From Phoronis australis (Eukaryota > Animalia > Phoronida), in the NCBI GenBank assembly GCA_002633005.1, contig NMRA01000781.1, forward strand, positions 86,837-150,836: a stretch of DNA of 64,000 bases, in the 5' to 3' direction. Each line of letters opens with the position of its first letter. Position 1 is the first letter of the stretch. The position numbers were made by a program, and so were the translations under genes. The notes below the pieces were generated by a model that saw nothing but the letters and a program-made list of their open reading frames with translations, had not been told where the DNA came from and searched no databases. Positions 60,101 to 64,000 of this stretch are shown here, one piece after another.

Positions 60101-63100
60101 TGCGTTTACAAAACTTGATATGTACATTTTCAAATTGTTCATATTCCTTTAAGCCCCATATCTCAGCGCTGTAACACAGAGAGGGGTAAACCATTTTAAC
60201 GAACAGGTGAAAGGCTATTAATGAAGGTAGATCATGATATCTTCGCATTAATTTACAAATTGCAGTGGCAGCTTTCTTGCTTAACTAGATAAGGCTTTAA
60301 CGGCTTTGGTCCATGAAACCTTTGGGGTAATAAGTAGTCCAAGGTATTTGTAATAAGACACCACATCCACCAATGATCCATTGTAAAACCATTTCTCATA
60401 TCGCCTAAGGGACTGCCACTTCTGAAAATGACCACCTTTGTTTTCTTCAAGTTTACTTGCATGCCCCATGATTCGCAAAATTCTGCCTAACAATTTAGCA
60501 TACGTTGTAAGGTGATGGCAGAGGAACATAACACCATGTCGTCTGCGTACAGAAGGGAGTTGACTCTTAGCACTTGTTTGCGGAGATATGTGCTATTAAT
60601 ATTACTTTTCACACTCAGCTGATCCAGAAATTCATTTAGATACAACACAAATAATAATGGGCTGATCATGCAACCCTGGCGAGTGCCAACAGTACAATCA
60701 AAGAACTGTGTAAGACCATCTTGAGTTTTCACACAAGTGCTCGATTTACCATACATAGAGGGGATTATGTTGAAATTTTACCATGCACATCTTGTTTTTC
60801 AATCTATGGAAGAGTAAATTACGAGGGATTCGATTGAAGGCATTCGAGAAATCTACAAAGGCACAGTAAAATCTCCCACCCTGCCGACTCAAATACTTGT
60901 GACACATGGCTTGAAGTGTAAACATTTGGTCAATCATAGAGTAGCCTTTTCTAAAGCCAGCTTGAAACTCATAAAAGTTTATCATTATTTTCAACCCATA
61001 ATAAAGGCGATTATTTAAAAGTTTGGTAAAATGTTTTCCCAAAGAAGACAAGAGGGAAATACCTCTATAGTTGTTTTCGTCATTGATATTATCTTGTTGA
61101 TGTACTGGAGTAAGCATTGCGTCACACCAAGTCTGGGGATAATGCCCTGAATCAAAAATTGAATTAAATAACTTATGCAAAACTGGTACTATCGTCCCTT
61201 CATTGCACTTCAGCATTTCAAAAATCACGCCATCATAACCCCCCAGCCTTGCCAGTAGGCAATTGTTCAATGGCCTCATATATTTCAGAAGGCAAAAAAT
61301 CAGTATGAGATGGGTAATTGTTAGTACACTTTTCACAGGAACTATCATGTTCAATCATATTCTGTGTGGCAAATTCACTCAATGACTCGTCAATAGAAAA
61401 GTTTTTGCTCAATATATCCTTGAAATAGTCGTGCCATTTCGGCAAACTATTAGTAGAAGACAGAATGTCAGCATATTGGACTTAATTATTTGCCAGAACT
61501 CTTTAGGATTATTTTGGAACATTTAATGGCTTCAATAAGTCGGGCTTCATATGCTTTCCGTTTATGTTTAAACAGATCTCTTCTTTTTTACTTTATATGC
61601 GTTAAGGTAAAAGACAGAAGTTTTTACGAAACAGTTTTGAAGGCCATATTTTTGCTCGTTTGGCTGATACCAATTCATCATCCCACCAGGGTAGCAGCTT
61701 TGTTGCCGAGTTCCAATTTACTTTAGTCTGACTATTAATAGATGTATGAGTTTTCATGGTTGATAGGGCAGACTGCAACAGCAAATCTGTAATGGATCTG
61801 ACTTAGGCTAGTAAAACTAAACAAATCAAGTGCCATCCTAAGTGTAGTTAAATATTTACACCACAATGTCACTGAAGTCTTAACTTGAAAACAAGAAAAC
61901 AAAGTTCAAATTGACAAAAAAGTATTTTAGATTTAGTAGAATCACTGAATGAAAAAGTTAGGCAAAATGATCTAATTACTCTGTGAGCATGGCATGCCAC
62001 AGAAATCATTTTTACTAGTATGCGATTTGTTCATGTGTTGACCTATCTTTGAAAATGGATGTATTTCGGTAGTCATTTCAGTCATTATTTTCAAACTGTA
62101 TCCAACTTTTCTTTCATTTCTATTCTCATTTGAGACCAGTTAAGTGCAACAGGCACAGCTGTTACATCCCATTGTGTTGCTTTAACAATGAGCATGTAAT
62201 TTTTGTATCACAGCAAACTGTACTTAAATCATGTTCACTTACTGTGCTTACCTGAATCACAGTGTAAAGACTTAATGACAGATGACTTTCTAATGACAGA
62301 GTAGAAACAATGACATTACAGATGACTTACTAATAACAGTGTAAAGACAACGACGTGACAGATGACTTACTAATAACAGTGTAAAGACAATGACATTACA
62401 GATGACTTACTAATAAATGTGTAAAGACAATGACATTACAGATGACTTACTAATAACAGTGTAAAGACAATGACATTACAGATGACTTACTAATAAAAGT
62501 GTAAAGACAATGACATTACAGATGACTTACTAATAAAAGTGTAAAGACAACGACATTACAGATGACTTTCTAATAACAGTGTAGAGACAATGACATGATG
62601 GATGACTTACTAATCGAACTGCTCCTCCCTTCCCACGGTTCTTCTCAAATGTCAAAACTCTGAACTTGTCAATGCCATACTTTTCAGAGTACAACAAGGC
62701 GGTCTATAACACACACACAAAAAATTTACACAATACAAAAAGACAAGCAGATGCAAATACAGTGAACATTTTCAAAATAAATGGCCAGAGACAATGTTAT
62801 AAACTTAAACGTTGAGAAACTTTGCCCAAAATGAATGAATTTTATCTAAGTAGACAAGTCAGTCATCTACTAAATTATGCATTGTATGGCAGAACAAAAA
62901 TAATCATACCTCAGTTGTTTTATCCTTGCTCCCACCATCAACAAACATAACCATACCTCAGTTGTTTTATCCTTGCTCCCACCATCAACAAAAATAATCA
63001 TACCTCAGTTGTTTTATCCTTGCTCCCACCATCAACAAAAATAATCATACCTCAGTTGTTTTATCCTTGCTCCCACCATCAACAAAAATAATCATACCTC

Positions 63101-63213
63101 AGTTGTTTTATCTTTGCTCCCATCATCAACAATAATAACTTCGTAACTAAAACTTGGTTGAGATTTCTTTCTGTCCTCCAAGTACTCATACGTTTCATTT
63201 AACATCACAGGCA
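54038..63213 (-). CDS. ALG5: Dolichyl-phosphate beta-glucosyltransferase (GT2), last seven coding exons; 5' exons beyond the window
   Basis: Exons 63098-63213, 62611-62703, 58769-58882, 57578-57637, 56270-56421, 54492-54577 and 54038-54153 splice in frame: [89 protein letters not shown]. Confidence 0.97.
54492..54577 (-). CDS. ALG5: ALG5 exon
   Basis: tttcag|G GCA...GAA G|gtaagt; [28 protein letters not shown]. Confidence 0.95.
54640..55460 (-). mobile_element. Penelope-like element 3' fragment (GIY-YIG with CCHH-type Cys motifs) + hammerhead-like motif, in an ALG5 intron
   Basis: [15 protein letters not shown]...[12 protein letters not shown]...[38 protein letters not shown]...NFNLPGH; frameshifted near the end. 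Confidence 0.9.
56270..56421 (-). CDS. ALG5: ALG5 exon
   Basis: tttcag|CGA...TG|gtatg; [51 protein letters not shown]. Confidence 0.96.
56810..57462. repeat. 24-bp minisatellite spanning an N-gap
   Basis: tgatatttagtgatcaaccaagcc. Confidence 0.97.
57578..57637 (-). CDS. ALG5: ALG5 exon
   Basis: ttttcag|AAT...GAG|gtaacc; [20 protein letters not shown]. Confidence 0.93.
57951..58386. mobile_element. Probable pogo/Tigger-like MITE
   Basis: Inverted gattttccgtagataagccca (57957-57977) / tgggcttatctatgcaaaatc (58360-58380). Confidence 0.55.
58769..58882 (-). CDS. ALG5: ALG5 exon (DxD motif)
   Basis: tttcag|GGA...GAT|gtaatt; [38 protein letters not shown]. Confidence 0.95.
59640..61790 (-). mobile_element. 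Decayed non-LTR retrotransposon (LINE; RTEX/L2-group-like) RT, multiply frameshifted
   Basis: [91 protein letters not shown] spread over several frames. Confidence 0.92.
62260..62614. repeat. 40-bp tandem repeat containing the ALG5 donor (- strand gtaagtc)
   Basis: gtaaagacaatgacattacagatgacttactaataacagt x~8. Confidence 0.93.
62611..62703 (-). CDS. ALG5: ALG5 exon
   Basis: ttatag|ACC...TTA|gtaagt; [31 protein letters not shown]. Confidence 0.95.
62893..63135. repeat. 47-bp tandem repeat duplicating an ALG5 exon 3' end + donor
   Basis: aacaaaaataatcatacctcagttgttttatccttgctcccaccatc x4 plus the original in the exon. Confidence 0.95.
63098..63213 (-). CDS. ALG5: ALG5 exon
   Basis: ttttcag|TG CCT GTG ATG...ACT GAG|gtatg; [38 protein letters not shown]. 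Confidence 0.95.
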
Positions 63214-64000
63214 CTGAAAAAGTCACAACACCATCAAAATTTTTAGCCATTGCAAAAATAATATGGTCTTCTAAAATGCATAAAAGACCAGGAGAGCATC
63301 CAGCAGACCCAGTTTCTTGCGTCAAAAGCAAGAACTTGCAAGAGCTTGCATTTTTATGTGAGTGAATCTTGGCCAGTCATTCACCAGTATACAGACCAGT
63401 GGATGAGCAAGCAAAATTAGGTCGCCGCATATTCAATCTTTTTTAGGTCTACATAGGGGTAAAGCTCGTAACGCTAGGACTAACCAGTGGATGATCAATC
63501 AAAATTAGGTCGCCGCATATTCAATATTTTTAGGTCTACATAGGGGTAAAGCTCGTAATGCTAGGACTTCAATAAAAAGCAAGAATTCATGAAATTACGT
63601 GACATATTGTGTATTTTCAGTTGAAAACGTGATTTTGGCTAGATTTTTCTATTCCCAAGACAGCTACTGAACTATACCCTAGTCTTCGTCCAGGGCCGCA
63701 AGGGTGAGAATCTCATGAGCACGCTAGTCTGAAGACTTCGAGACGTATGGTCAACTATTGCGAGCGAAGCACACGATCACACCATCTTCTTTAGCGAGAT
63801 TCTTGCGTCTGTGATGATTATCAGAGACAGAGAATTTGTAAGGGTAGTGAAGCGTGGTTACGTGAGTGTATATTAGTTTTTGATATGTGTTATAGTACAG
63901 GCACTTACACAACACTAAGGCAGCGATGCAGTGCTCCTGTAGCAAATGCGTGTGCGGCACTGCGCCAGCGCGCCGTTCTGAGTGCTGGGCCTTACACCGC

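Noticed and set aside
63660-64000. GC-richer segment with a ctgaaga motif at the window end (hammerhead or new exon?)
   Set aside because: No proper stem II/GAAA and no ALG5-like frame; truncated by the window edge, so unassignable.

Overview
AT-rich, intron-rich metazoan genomic DNA, probably a marine invertebrate such as a lophotrochozoan (not determinable from sequence alone), from a draft assembly with N-gaps and two haplotype-overlap duplications. There are two convergent genes. (1) On the + strand is a STIM (stromal interaction molecule, ER Ca2+ sensor) gene lacking its first exon(s). It runs from the EF-hand exon at 2551 to the stop at 47552 and encodes EF-SAM, TM, CC1, CAD/SOAR, several frame-neutral C-terminal exons and a polybasic tail. 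(2) On the - strand are the last seven coding exons of ALG5 (dolichyl-phosphate beta-glucosyltransferase), 63213 to 54038. Introns carry an internally deleted Kolobok-type DNA transposon (TTAA TSD, ~140-155 bp TIRs, THAP transposase 5' part facing a KolX/P2X7-ballast-like ORF), three Penelope-like (GIY-YIG) fragments with hammerhead-like motifs, a decayed LINE RT, several TIR elements/MITEs, a tRNA-derived SINE and many minisatellites. Three observations stand out. The canonical STIM SAM-to-TM exon is absent, and a diverged homologous exon candidate sits at 17488-17605. Tandem repeats are repeatedly seeded at exon/5' splice-site junctions in both genes. An array of CTCF-consensus-like motifs lies inside an intronic repeat.
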